A DNA stretch of 64,000 bases from an uncultured Bacilli bacterium (lineage in GTDB: Bacteria > Bacillota_I > Bacilli_A > RF39 > UBA660), in the NCBI GenBank assembly GCA_944332265.1, contig CALVJQ010000005.1, forward strand, positions 986-64,985, written 5' to 3'. Numbering within the stretch: the stretch's first letter is position 1; the number at the start of each line of letters is the position of its first letter. Below are positions 30,011 through 38,999 of this stretch, piece by piece. A program made the translations under genes and the position numbers. Below the pieces are notes generated by a model. The model ran no database searches. It worked only from the letters and a program-made list of their open reading frames with translations, and had not been told where the DNA came from.

Positions 30011-31207
30011 CTATATCATTTCTCTAAGTATTTTATCTTTATCTTTTAATAGTTCTACTACTTTATCTAATTCTTCTTTAGTATTATAAATGTATATGCT
30101 TATACGAACAGTGTTTTTTACCCCTACTTCATTTTTTAAAATCTTAGCGCAGTGATTACCAGCACGAACACAAATATGATATTTATTTAAATAAACAGCA
30201 ACATCTTGGGCAAATATACCATCAACATTAAAGGCAACGATACCACTATCACTTTCTTCATTAACAACAATTATATGAGGTATTTCTTGTAATTTAGTTA
30301 CGAGATATTTTCTTAGAGTACGCTCATGATTAGTTATATTATCAATATCTATTTTATTAATAAATTCAATAGCTGCTCCTAATCCTATTGCGCCAGCAAT
30401 ATTAGGAGTTCCAGCTTCTAATCTAGTAGGTAGTGGTTTTAGGTATACTTCATCAATAGTGTCAAATGATTCATTCATCCCTCCACCAAGATTTCTTGGT
30501 TCGATGTTTTCAAGTAATTCATATTTACCATATAAAACACCAATACCAGTTGGACCACACATTTTATGGGCTGAAAAGGTAAGAAAATCACAATCTAAAT
30601 CTTGAACGTCTGTTTTAATATGAGGAACACTTTGGGCACCATCAACAACAACGAAAATGTTGTTTTGATGAGCAAACTCACATATTTCTTTAATAGGTCT
30701 TAAATCACCAATAACATTAGTTATCATAGCTAGACTAATCAATTTAGTATGTTTATTAACTACTTTTTTTAAATTATTTAAGGTAACATAATGATTCTCA
30801 TCTAATGGACAGAAACGAATTATAATGCCATTTGTTTTAGCTAATCTAAACCAAGGTAAAACATTTGATGCATGTTCACTTTCAGTTATTATAATTTCAT
30901 CTCCTGGTTCAAGATTATTTTTAAAGAAGCTATCAGCGATTATATTTAGAGAATCAGTTGTTCCACTAGTAAAAATTATTTCTTTACGAGTCTTAGCATT
31001 AATAAATTCTTTTACTAAATCGCGAGCATTTTCATATTCATTATCGACCTTTAAAGATATATCGTAATCACCACGATGAGCATTAGCAGTATAATTAGTA
31101 TAATAATCTGTTATTTTATCAATTACACATTGAGGTTTCCAAGTTGTAGCTCCATTATCTAAATATATGTTTTGAGTTTTTAACATAGGGAATTCTTCGC
31201 GATTCAT
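30011..31207 (-). CDS. sufS: Cysteine desulfurase, SufS type
   Basis: PLP lysine in SAHKMCGPTG and catalytic Cys in RAGNHCA. 398 aa. Confidence 0.92.
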   Translation of the reverse strand: MNREEFPMLKTQNIYLDNGATTWKPQCVIDKITDYYTNYTANAHRGDYDISLKVDNEYENARDLVKEFINAKTRKEIIFTSGTTDSLNIIADSFFKNNLEPGDEIIITESEHASNVLPWFRLAKTNGIIIRFCPLDENHYVTLNNLKKVVNKHTKLISLAMITNVIGDLRPIKEICEFAHQNNIFVVVDGAQSVPHIKTDVQDLDCDFLTFSAHKMCGPTGIGVLYGKYELLENIEPRNLGGGMNESFDTIDEVYLKPLPTRLEAGTPNIAGAIGLGAAIEFINKIDIDNITNHERTLRKYLVTKLQEIPHIIVVNEESDSGIVAFNVDGIFAQDVAVYLNKYHICVRAGNHCAKILKNEVGVKNTVRISIYIYNTKEELDKVVELLKDKDKILREMI

Positions 31208-31212
31208 TTTGC

Positions 31213-31905
31213 TTATTCACCTCCTATTAATTCTTTAATTGATGATGCAATTTCATCATTTATGTTTAGATTACTTAGAAGATAACCTTTTTTTATTAAA
31301 GATATAGCTTTTTCAGTACTTATTCCTTTACTATTTAAATAGAATAAATATTTAGGATCAATACTACTTATTGTACAAGCATGATTTACTTCTACTTCAT
31401 TAGATGCCACTAAAAGATTAGGAATACAAATATTTTCTTCTTCATTTAGAGTTAATATTTTTATACTTTCAATTAAGTTGTTGTCTTTTATTTTAGATTT
31501 AGCATCAGCAGTTGATATTATTTTACAACATCCTTTATCTTCTGTTATGGCTTTTATTTTAATATCTGTTTTATTATTATTCCCAAATAAATTACTATTA
31601 AATGTTAAGTTGCATTTATCTTTAGCTATTATAGAGTAATTAAATATTGCTTCGCTATGATGTTCTTGATTTAAAATGAAAGTATTATTTATGGTTTGAT
31701 GAATCATAAAACGATTATAAATTAAGGAACTATTTGGTTCTATATTAATAGTTAATTCTAATGATTCATTATCTTTAATAGCTATTTCATTTATTAGAAC
31801 TTTACCTTTAATATTTAAGGTTAATTTAGGAACATTAATTATTAAATCAAGAACGTTGTCTTTTATTTCTACATTATTTTCTTTATCTATTATTAATTTA
31901 TTCAT
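31213..31905 (-). CDS. Short SufB/SufD-family (UPF0051) beta-helix protein
   Basis: About 230 aa of repetitive beta-strand sequence ending in a SufBD-like C-terminus (NHACTISSIDPKYLFYLNSKGIS). Start chosen at ATG 31905, 1 nt after the sufC stop; 31914 is an alternative. Confidence 0.7.
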   Translation of the reverse strand: MNKLIIDKENNVEIKDNVLDLIINVPKLTLNIKGKVLINEIAIKDNESLELTINIEPNSSLIYNRFMIHQTINNTFILNQEHHSEAIFNYSIIAKDKCNLTFNSNLFGNNNKTDIKIKAITEDKGCCKIISTADAKSKIKDNNLIESIKILTLNEEENICIPNLLVASNEVEVNHACTISSIDPKYLFYLNSKGISTEKAISLIKKGYLLSNLNINDEIASSIKELIGGE

Positions 31906-31906
31906 T

Positions 31907-32662
31907 TTAATCATTACTTTCTTGGGCTTTAGTAGCAAAAAATTGCTTAAAACCTTTTTGTTCTATTTCTTTAGCTAAAGAGGCATCTCCAGTAAAACTA
32001 ATTTTTTGATCTTTAATAATATGAATGTAATCTGGTTTTAAGATTTCGATAATACGAGGATTATGAGTTACTAAAAGAATAGAACAATTAGTTTTTTCTT
32101 GATATTCTTTTAAAGATGTAGAAACAACTTTTAAAGCATCAACATCTAAACCAGAATCTATTTCATCAAGAATTAAAAAACTTGGTTCAAGCATCCAGAT
32201 ATGAAGAAGTTCGTTTTTTTTGCGCTCGCCACCTGACATACCATTGTTAATGTCACGATGTAAAAAGTTTTCTGGAATACCTAGTTTTTGACATATTTCT
32301 TTAGCTTTTTTAGAAAATTTAAAGATGTCTATATGTTCTTTTGTTCTTTCTGATAAAGCTAAGCGAAGCATTTCAGCATTACTTACGCCTTCGATAGCTA
32401 TTGGACTTTGACTAACCATTAAAATACCTAAACGACTTATTTCTGTTGTGGATAAAGAAAGAAGGTCTTGATCTTTATAGGTTATACTACCACTTGTTAT
32501 TTGATAATTAGGGTCTTTAAGTAATGAACGACAAATAGTACTTTTACCAACTCCATTTGGTCCCATTAGGACATGTGTTTCACCATCATTTATCTTTAAA
32601 GAAAAATCTTTTAGTATTTCTTTATTATTTACTTTAATTGTTACTTTTTGAATATTTAACAT
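31907..32662 (-). CDS. sufC: Fe-S cluster assembly ATPase SufC
   Basis: Walker A GPNGVGKST, signature MSGGERKK, Walker B FLILDEIDSGLD. Confidence 0.93.
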   Translation of the reverse strand: MLNIQKVTIKVNNKEILKDFSLKINDGETHVLMGPNGVGKSTICRSLLKDPNYQITSGSITYKDQDLLSLSTTEISRLGILMVSQSPIAIEGVSNAEMLRLALSERTKEHIDIFKFSKKAKEICQKLGIPENFLHRDINNGMSGGERKKNELLHIWMLEPSFLILDEIDSGLDVDALKVVSTSLKEYQEKTNCSILLVTHNPRIIEILKPDYIHIIKDQKISFTGDASLAKEIEQKGFKQFFATKAQESND

Positions 32663-32741
32663 TATTCCTCACCTTCCCATATTTTAGCATTTTTTATATT
32701 ATACTTCTAGGGGGTATTTATTTCTTACTAAAAAAAAACAA

Positions 32742-33635
32742 CTAATTTGTTGCTTTAGTATTAATCATATTAATAAATTCACGTCCAGAAGATGATAAAG
32801 ATGTTTCATTATAAGTTAGATAAATATTTTCTTTTGGTAGTTCTTCTTCTAGAGGAACTATTTCTAAATCTGGATTATCTTTTATCATACTTTTTTCAAT
32901 ATAACCGATACCTATTCCTTCTTTAATATAATCAAGAAGAATTTGATTATCTTCTAATTCGACAATTGGGGTAATATTTAGATTTTTAGTGGTTAGAATT
33001 TGATTTAAGTTTTGACGAGATATAGTATTTGAAGAAGGTAAAAGTAAAGGATATTTACTTAATTCTTCAAGAGTAGTTATTTCTTTTAAATCATATTTTT
33101 TATTATAGGCGAAACAAAATTCATCTTGTTCAATAAGAATTGATTTATATTCTTTAGAATCTTTTATCTCTAAAGGGCTAAATAAAAAATCGATGTTATG
33201 TTGAGATAATAATTCTTGTGAATTTAAATGATGATTATTTAGAATTTTTATTGAAGTATCTGGATGAATGGCAATGTATTTTTTTAAGTATTTATCTAAG
33301 TAATAAATGCTTATGTAAGCTGAGCTACTAATTGTTATTTTTCCTTTATTTAATTCTTGATTAGCTTGTAATTCTCTTTCACCTAACATTAAATAGTTAT
33401 AGGCTTTTTCAACATAAACAAGAAGGTCTTTGGCTTCTTTAGTTAATTCTATCCCACGATTAGTACGATAAAATAAAAGAGTCTTTAATTCATATTCAAG
33501 ATTTTGAATATGTTTAGAAATAGCTGGTTGGGAGATATGAAGAGTACGTGATGACTCAGAGAAGCTTTTGGTTTTAGCTACTGTATAAAAGACACGATAT
33601 AAATTTAGATTTAGGTTTGTACATGGTAAAGCCAT
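32742..33635 (-). CDS. LysR-family transcriptional regulator
   Basis: wHTH FSESSRTLHISQPAISKHIQNLE...LFYRTNRGIELTKEAK plus a substrate-binding domain. Intact, unlike the LysR gene at 18116. Confidence 0.85.
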   Translation of the reverse strand: MALPCTNLNLNLYRVFYTVAKTKSFSESSRTLHISQPAISKHIQNLEYELKTLLFYRTNRGIELTKEAKDLLVYVEKAYNYLMLGERELQANQELNKGKITISSSAYISIYYLDKYLKKYIAIHPDTSIKILNNHHLNSQELLSQHNIDFLFSPLEIKDSKEYKSILIEQDEFCFAYNKKYDLKEITTLEELSKYPLLLPSSNTISRQNLNQILTTKNLNITPIVELEDNQILLDYIKEGIGIGYIEKSMIKDNPDLEIVPLEEELPKENIYLTYNETSLSSSGREFINMINTKATN

Positions 33636-33745
33636 ATAATAAACCCCCTTTTCAATTGGTTTTTATTATATACTTTTTAGATGTATTGTCAAGGTTTTGT
33701 TATAACTAAATAAAAAATAACTATAACAAATTATTATAGTTATTT

Positions 33746-34636
33746 TTAAATAGAATTTTCTTTAGCCCATGTTGTTAATTCTTCTTCAGTCATTGTTCCA
33801 GTTACTTCAGAAGTTACTATACCATCTTTAATAGTAAAGATTGTTGGTGTAACTTTGAAAGCATAGTATGTTCTAAATCTTTCGATTTCTTCATCAGTTA
33901 GAGATGTAATATTTATACGATATATTTTTTTATCTAGAGAGCCATAAACTTTATCAATTACAGATTCAAAAGTAATACTATGATAACAAGTAGTACTAGA
34001 TACAAAGATTGTCATGTTTTCTTTATTGTAGTTTTTCTTTTCAAATTCTGCTAAAGTAATATCTTCAATATTTTCATATTCATCTTCTGTTAAGGATGAA
34101 TCTTTATTTTCTTCAATATCATTTATTGTTTTGTAATTAGCATTTACTTTTTTATAAATATTACTATTTAAAGTTTGATTATTTTCTTTTTCTTTTATAT
34201 GCGTATTAACAATGTAACCAATTGTAGAACCTATTACAACAAATATTAAAATTGTTAAAATAATAATTATATATTTTTTTATTTTACTTCTTTTAATAAC
34301 TTTATCATCTAAACAAACATTTTCTTCTTCTAACTTATCAACTACTTCAAGAATATTTTTACTTTGATTACCGTCAAAAATAATAGTTTTTTCTAAGCTT
34401 TCAGAAGTGGTTTTCTTTTCTTCTAATTTTTCTTCTTTTGGTGTTGTTATTTTTTTAGGTGGAGTTTTCTTAACAACTTTTTTAGGGGTTGTTGTTTTTT
34501 TAGTAGTCTTTTTAGTAGCTGACGATTTCTTAGGTGTTGCTTTTGTTGATGCTTTAGTTACACTAGTAGTTGTTTTCTTTTTAGTTGAAGTTGTCTTTTT
34601 AGTTCCACTTTTTGTTTTAGTTTTCTTTTCTTCCAT
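33746..34636 (-). CDS. Single-pass membrane protein: K/T-rich basic N-tail plus thioredoxin-like C-domain (CxxS)
   Basis: About 75 aa of KKTT-type repeats, one TM helix, then a Trx-fold-like region with TCYHS. Start moved to ATG 34636 after AGGTGA. Confidence 0.5.
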   Translation of the reverse strand: MEEKKTKTKSGTKKTTSTKKKTTTSVTKASTKATPKKSSATKKTTKKTTTPKKVVKKTPPKKITTPKEEKLEEKKTTSESLEKTIIFDGNQSKNILEVVDKLEEENVCLDDKVIKRSKIKKYIIIILTILIFVVIGSTIGYIVNTHIKEKENNQTLNSNIYKKVNANYKTINDIEENKDSSLTEDEYENIEDITLAEFEKKNYNKENMTIFVSSTTCYHSITFESVIDKVYGSLDKKIYRINITSLTDEEIERFRTYYAFKVTPTIFTIKDGIVTSEVTGTMTEEELTTWAKENSI

Positions 34637-34715
34637 CTTTATCACCTATACTTCTATTATATTTTATCATCTTTTAGAAATAAAAAAAAGCTTTTTATAA
34701 GCTTATATGAAGATT

Positions 34716-35414
34716 TTAATTATCTTCTTTATTTATTTCGATAAAACGAATTGTTTTTATTTTTTGTTCAGTAGTTGGTTTATCATTAGAATCAGTGGAA
34801 ACAGAAGCAATATCATCAACAGCATCTAAACCAGCAAAGACGCGACCAAATGAAGCATATTGACCATCTAGATAAGTAGAATCAGCTTGGACAATAAAGA
34901 ATTGACTTGAAGCAGAATTCATAGTTTCAGCAGTCTCTGGGCTACCGCCACGACGTGCCATAGATAAAACTCCTTTAGTATGCGATAGATTGTTTTCAAC
35001 TCCATTAATTTCAAATTCACCTTTTATTTCTTCTTCACTACCACCCATACCTGTTCCAGTTGGATCACCTGTTTGAATCATGAAATCAGCTATAACACGG
35101 TGAAAAATTAAACCATCATAAAATTTTTCAGAAACTAATTTCTTAAAATTAGCAATTGTTATGGGGGTATCTTTATTAGATAAAACAGCTAAGATGATAC
35201 GACCATCATCCATTTCAATTTTTATTCGATCTGTTTCTTTAGAAGTTTCAGTAAAAGTGTATCCTTCTAATGTTCCCTCTTTTATTGTTCCATCATCATT
35301 TTTAGCAATAATAGTTAAATCTTGTTTAAGTGGTTCTGACATTTTATTTTCCTCTTTCTTTTGACAACTAGTTATTAATAAAATAATAATAAATATAATA
35401 ATTATTTTTTTCAT
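34716..35414 (-). CDS. Cyclophilin-type peptidyl-prolyl isomerase lipoprotein
   Basis: Lipobox LITSC and FHRVIADFMIQTGDPTGTGMGG. Confidence 0.9.
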   Translation of the reverse strand: MKKIIIIFIIILLITSCQKKEENKMSEPLKQDLTIIAKNDDGTIKEGTLEGYTFTETSKETDRIKIEMDDGRIILAVLSNKDTPITIANFKKLVSEKFYDGLIFHRVIADFMIQTGDPTGTGMGGSEEEIKGEFEINGVENNLSHTKGVLSMARRGGSPETAETMNSASSQFFIVQADSTYLDGQYASFGRVFAGLDAVDDIASVSTDSNDKPTTEQKIKTIRFIEINKEDN

Positions 35415-35485
35415 TATATCACCTTTTATATGATAACAAATTTATGATAGATTTAAAAGATTTAATTAATTGGAATTTATTAACA

Positions 35486-35514
35486 TTGAATAATAGAAAA
35501 ATTTAAGATATAAT
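35486..35514 (+). promoter_or_regulatory. Sigma-A-type promoter of the Y-family polymerase operon
   Basis: TTGAAT (35486-35491), 17-nt spacer, TATAAT (35509-35514). Confidence 0.6.
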
Positions 35515-35519
35515 TATAG

Positions 35520-35533
35520 TGAACAAATGTTTG
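35520..35533 (+). promoter_or_regulatory. SOS (LexA/DinR-type) operator
   Basis: tGAACAAATGTTTG compared with the Gram-positive consensus CGAAC-N4-GTTCG. It sits between the -10 element and the ATG. Confidence 0.6.
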
Positions 35534-35543
35534 TGGTGATAGT

Positions 35544-36794
35544 ATGGAAAAACATATATTAAGTATCGATTTAAAAAGTTTTTTTGCCTCTTGTGAGTGT
35601 GTAGAAAGAAATATTGACCCTTTTAAGGTCCCTTTAGTTGTTGCTAATCCTAAACAAGGCGAAGGAGCTATTACTTTAGCTGTAACTCCCTATTTAAAAG
35701 CACAGGGGGTTAAATCAAGAGGAAGATTATTTGAAATACCTAAAAATATAAAGTATTATATTGTGCCACCTAGAATGAGTTTGTATATAGAATATAGTAA
35801 GAAAGTTATTAGTATTTACTTAGATTATATTGCTAAAGAGGATTTATTTGTTTATTCAATTGATGAATGTTTTTTAGATGTTACTTCTTATCTTAAGATG
35901 TATAAAAAAACAGATTATGAATTAGCGATGGATATTTTAAAAAAGATAGAAGAAAAAACTGGCCTTACTGCAACTTGTGGAATTGGACCAAATATATTAT
36001 TAGCAAAAGTAGCAATGGATATTGAAGCTAAATTAGAAAAAAATGGCATTGCAAAATGGAATTTTGAAGATGTAAAAAGAAAATTATGGATGATAGCTCC
36101 TTTATCTAAAATGTGGGGAATCGGTCCAAGAATGGAAAAGAAGTTAAATCTTTTAGGAATAAAATCAGTTGGAGATATTGCAAGATATGATAAAAACAAA
36201 TTAAAAGATTTATTTGGTGTTATGGGATTAGAATTATGGGAACATGCTAATGGAATAGATAATTCAACGATTAAAGAAATGAATAGTTATAAACCTAAAG
36301 ATAAATCTTATTCTAATAGTCAAGTTTTATTTAAAGATTATTATCGTGATAATGTGGGGATTATTATTAAAGAAATGGTTGAAGTGGTTTGTCGAAGATT
36401 AAGAGCTAATAATAAACAAGCTTGTGTAATTGGTTTAGCAATTGGCTATTCAAAAAGTATTGGTGGAGGTTTTTATCATGTGATGAAATTAGATGCTCCT
36501 ACTGATTCAGAAAAAACGATTTTAGATGGATGCTTTTTATTATTTGAACGTTTTTATAAAGGAGCACCAATACGTAAAGTTGGTGTTAGTTTGGGAAATT
36601 TAGTTAATAAAAATAGTGTCCAATTAAGCCTTTTTGATAAATTAGAAGATTTAGAATTAGAAGACGAAAAGAATAAAATTATAGATGAAATTAAAAAGCA
36701 ATTTGGAAAAAATAGTTTAGTAAAAGCTTCAGCTTTATTAGAAGATTCAACAATTAAAGAAAGAAATAAGAAAATTGGAGGTCATAGTGCGTGA
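35544..36794 (+). CDS. Y-family DNA polymerase (UmuC/UvrX/YqjW-like)
   Basis: N-terminal IDLKSFFASCE catalytic motif and SIDECFLDVT. 416 aa, TGA stop. Confidence 0.9.
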   Translation: MEKHILSIDLKSFFASCECVERNIDPFKVPLVVANPKQGEGAITLAVTPYLKAQGVKSRGRLFEIPKNIKYYIVPPRMSLYIEYSKKVISIYLDYIAKEDLFVYSIDECFLDVTSYLKMYKKTDYELAMDILKKIEEKTGLTATCGIGPNILLAKVAMDIEAKLEKNGIAKWNFEDVKRKLWMIAPLSKMWGIGPRMEKKLNLLGIKSVGDIARYDKNKLKDLFGVMGLELWEHANGIDNSTIKEMNSYKPKDKSYSNSQVLFKDYYRDNVGIIIKEMVEVVCRRLRANNKQACVIGLAIGYSKSIGGGFYHVMKLDAPTDSEKTILDGCFLLFERFYKGAPIRKVGVSLGNLVNKNSVQLSLFDKLEDLELEDEKNKIIDEIKKQFGKNSLVKASALLEDSTIKERNKKIGGHSA

Positions 36795-37105
36795 AAACAA
36801 AAAGGGATTATGTAAAATGGCAGCCATTTAATGCCGTTGTTCCTGGGGAGTATATGGTAAATGAAGTATTAAAAGAAAAGAATATGATAGAAATGCCTAT
36901 TTTATCAGAGGATCAGTTTAATATATTACAGGATAAAATAGTAAAAGCATGGAGAAGAAAAGAAGTGATTTTTTTAACTTATTATAAGAGTGGAAAAGTA
37001 TTTAAAAAGAAAGGCCAAATAAAGATTTTTAGGCCAGAAAATCATAAAATAGTATTGAATGATGGGTTTTATTTATATTTTGAGCAAATTATCGATATTT
37101 TTTGA
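36791..37105 (+). CDS. YolD-like protein (accessory partner of Y-family polymerases)
   Basis: 104 aa with a KWQPFNAVVPGE N-terminal pattern. GTG start overlaps the polymerase stop by 4 nt. Confidence 0.6.
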   Translation: MKTKRDYVKWQPFNAVVPGEYMVNEVLKEKNMIEMPILSEDQFNILQDKIVKAWRRKEVIFLTYYKSGKVFKKKGQIKIFRPENHKIVLNDGFYLYFEQIIDIF

Positions 37106-37114
37106 AAAAAAAGC

Positions 37115-37143
37115 TTGCATGCCCCTTAATTATATGATATTAT
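37115..37143 (+). promoter_or_regulatory. Promoter of tRNA-Ala
   Basis: TTGCAT (37115-37120), 17-nt spacer, TATTAT (37138-37143), ending 12 nt before the tRNA 5' end. Confidence 0.5.
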
Positions 37144-37155
37144 GGATATGTTCTT

Positions 37156-37232
37156 GGGGGATTAGCTCAGCTGGCTAGAGCACCTGCCTTGCACGCAGGG
37201 GGTCGCGGGTTCGAATCCCACATCCTCCACCA
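37156..37232 (+). tRNA. tRNA-Ala (anticodon UGC), CCA encoded
   Basis: Acceptor GGGGGAT/ATCCTCC with the G3:U70 alanine identity pair. Anticodon arm CCTGC-CTTGCAC-GCAGG and T-loop TTCGAAT. One C:A mismatch in the T-stem. Confidence 0.95.
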
Positions 37233-37243
37233 ATGAACATATT

Positions 37244-37266
37244 AAGTCCGAAAGGACTTTTTTTAT
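37244..37266 (+). terminator. Rho-independent terminator after tRNA-Ala
   Basis: AAGTCC-gaaa-GGACTT followed by a T-run. Confidence 0.7.
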
Positions 37267-37312
37267 TGCATTTTTTAACAAAAGAAGTATAATAAAGCTC
37301 TAGGAGATTTTT

Positions 37313-38107
37313 ATGAGAACAATAGAACAAGAAAAAGATTTAAAAGATTTACTTGAAGATATTAAAGAAATGAAAAGTGGATCAGCAGAACAATTATATT
37401 TAGTTACAACTTATTCGCTTTCTAACTATATTAAATCTTTAATAGCTTTTGGAAGTAAAAGTAAAATAACAAAGGATAATTTGAATATTATTAAGGAAAT
37501 GTTTAATATTCTTAAAGAAGAAAGAAAATTATTGAATTATATTTTAAGAAATATTGATGTAATTGATCCTTTTTCAGCTTTATTAGTTATTGGTTTATTA
37601 GATGAAACTAATGATAAGACAGTAAATTATTACTATCAGGTTATGGATGATATTGAAGAAGCCTGTGAGATGAAACAAGAATTTAGAGGAATTAGAAGAA
37701 AACAGGACTTCCCTACTCTAATTCAAGATACTAGTTATGCTAAAGAAGTTATAGCATTATGTGAAAATGAAGATAGTTTAAAAGAATTTTTAGGATATGA
37801 AGAAAGTTTTTGGAAGTTTATAAGTAAACGTTTAAAGATAGTTGATACAGATATAAATATTGCCCGTAAGACATCATATGCAATTCCTATTTATGATGGC
37901 GATATTGTAGTAGATATTGATTTATTAGTACCAAAAGTCGTAGATTTACAAACGGCCTTATTAGCTTTATCAATATATGTAAAAGCATATAAAATATATA
38001 AATCATTAGGTCAAGAATATCAACGAATTAGTGAAGAAGAAATAGATGCTGTAACTGATAAATATTTGAAATTATATTTAGAAAATAAAGTCAAAACAGT
38101 AATATAA
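37313..38107 (+). CDS. Hypothetical protein (264 aa), no family recognised
   Basis: Clean ORF with an AGGAGA RBS. Predicted to be helical and soluble. Convergent with the Fic gene. Confidence 0.5.
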   Translation: MRTIEQEKDLKDLLEDIKEMKSGSAEQLYLVTTYSLSNYIKSLIAFGSKSKITKDNLNIIKEMFNILKEERKLLNYILRNIDVIDPFSALLVIGLLDETNDKTVNYYYQVMDDIEEACEMKQEFRGIRRKQDFPTLIQDTSYAKEVIALCENEDSLKEFLGYEESFWKFISKRLKIVDTDINIARKTSYAIPIYDGDIVVDIDLLVPKVVDLQTALLALSIYVKAYKIYKSLGQEYQRISEEEIDAVTDKYLKLYLENKVKTVI

Positions 38108-38113
38108 AAAAAG

Positions 38114-38145
38114 ATTGTGAGAGTAACATTTGCTCACAATTTTTT
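38114..38145. terminator. Bidirectional terminator between the 264-aa ORF and the Fic gene
   Basis: ATTGTGAG...CTCACAAT stem flanked by an A-run and a T-run. It contains the Fic stop codon. Confidence 0.55.
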
Positions 38146-38796
38146 ATTTGAATTAAGAGTTTCTTCGGGAGTTACTTTTACAATAGCTTTTAGGAATTCA
38201 TTGTCTATGGCACTTCTAAAAGCTAATGCTAATTGAATATTATCTAAAACGACATCACCATTGAATTTAGTCCAATCTAATTCTACTGGACCAAATGGCA
38301 TTTCTTTACTTTTTTCTTCAACTAGTTCTCGTAAAAATTCACGACAACTACGACCATTTCCCTCACGAAATGGATGTATAGCCATTAATTGAACATAATA
38401 TGTTGAAAGGAAAATAGCTAAATCATGAATTGAATGAATGTTTTTTAATTCTTCATGCATTAGTTTTAATTCATTACTAAGGTACTCATGAATATTTTCC
38501 CATTTAGTAAAACCGGTTTGTTTTTGCATATCTACGTAACGATATTCGCCAGCCCACTCATATAAATCAGAAAAAATATAATAGTGAATATTTCTTAAGT
38601 GTTCTGAGTCAAAATCACCAACAATAGGATTTTCATATAATTCTACTAATTTTTCAAATGATATTTCAGCTTCTTTATTTTTTAGTTCTTCAGCATCTGT
38701 AATACCATATTTATTTATTAAAGTCTGAGTTCCTGGATAAAAGTATGATTCCCAAGCTGATAGTAACTCTTTTCTTTTTTCAGGTGTTAGCCCCAT
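38134..38796 (-). CDS. Fic-domain toxin (class I, VbhT/FicT-like AMP-transferase)
   Basis: Fic motif HPFREGNGRSCR. The N-terminal region parallels VbhT (LINKYGITD...HLRNIHYYIFSDLYEWAG). Confidence 0.9.
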   Translation of the reverse strand: MGLTPEKRKELLSAWESYFYPGTQTLINKYGITDAEELKNKEAEISFEKLVELYENPIVGDFDSEHLRNIHYYIFSDLYEWAGEYRYVDMQKQTGFTKWENIHEYLSNELKLMHEELKNIHSIHDLAIFLSTYYVQLMAIHPFREGNGRSCREFLRELVEEKSKEMPFGPVELDWTKFNGDVVLDNIQLALAFRSAIDNEFLKAIVKVTPEETLNSNKKL

Positions 38797-38953
38797 TTTG
38801 ATAACCTCTTTTCAATTTTAATGTTCGACTGTTATTAGGAGATAGATTGTTTTTAACATAATTACGTAAATAATTCGGACTAATATAAATACGATCTATT
38901 TTCAAACTAGCGTGAGCTTGAATTATAGCTTTCTTTTTTTTGTTAACTTCCAT
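38780..38953 (-). CDS. VbhA/FicA-like antitoxin (57 aa, absent from the ORF track)
   Basis: ATG 38953 to TGA 38780, overlapping the Fic ATG by 17 nt. Sequence is MEVNKKKKAIIQAHASLKIDRIYISPNYLRNYVKNN... By eye it aligns to VbhA NALASQRLEGLEPDPQVV. RBS is GAGGGA. Confidence 0.6.
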   Translation of the reverse strand: MEVNKKKKAIIQAHASLKIDRIYISPNYLRNYVKNNLSPNNSRTLKLKRGYQNGANT

Positions 38954-38970
38954 ATATATCCCTCAATAAT

Positions 38971-38999
38971 ATTTTAGCATTTTGCGAGAATGGTGACAA
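38971..38999 (-). promoter_or_regulatory. Promoter of the Fic antitoxin-toxin pair
   Basis: On the minus strand: TTGTCA (38994-38999), 17-nt spacer, TAAAAT (38971-38976). Confidence 0.45.
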
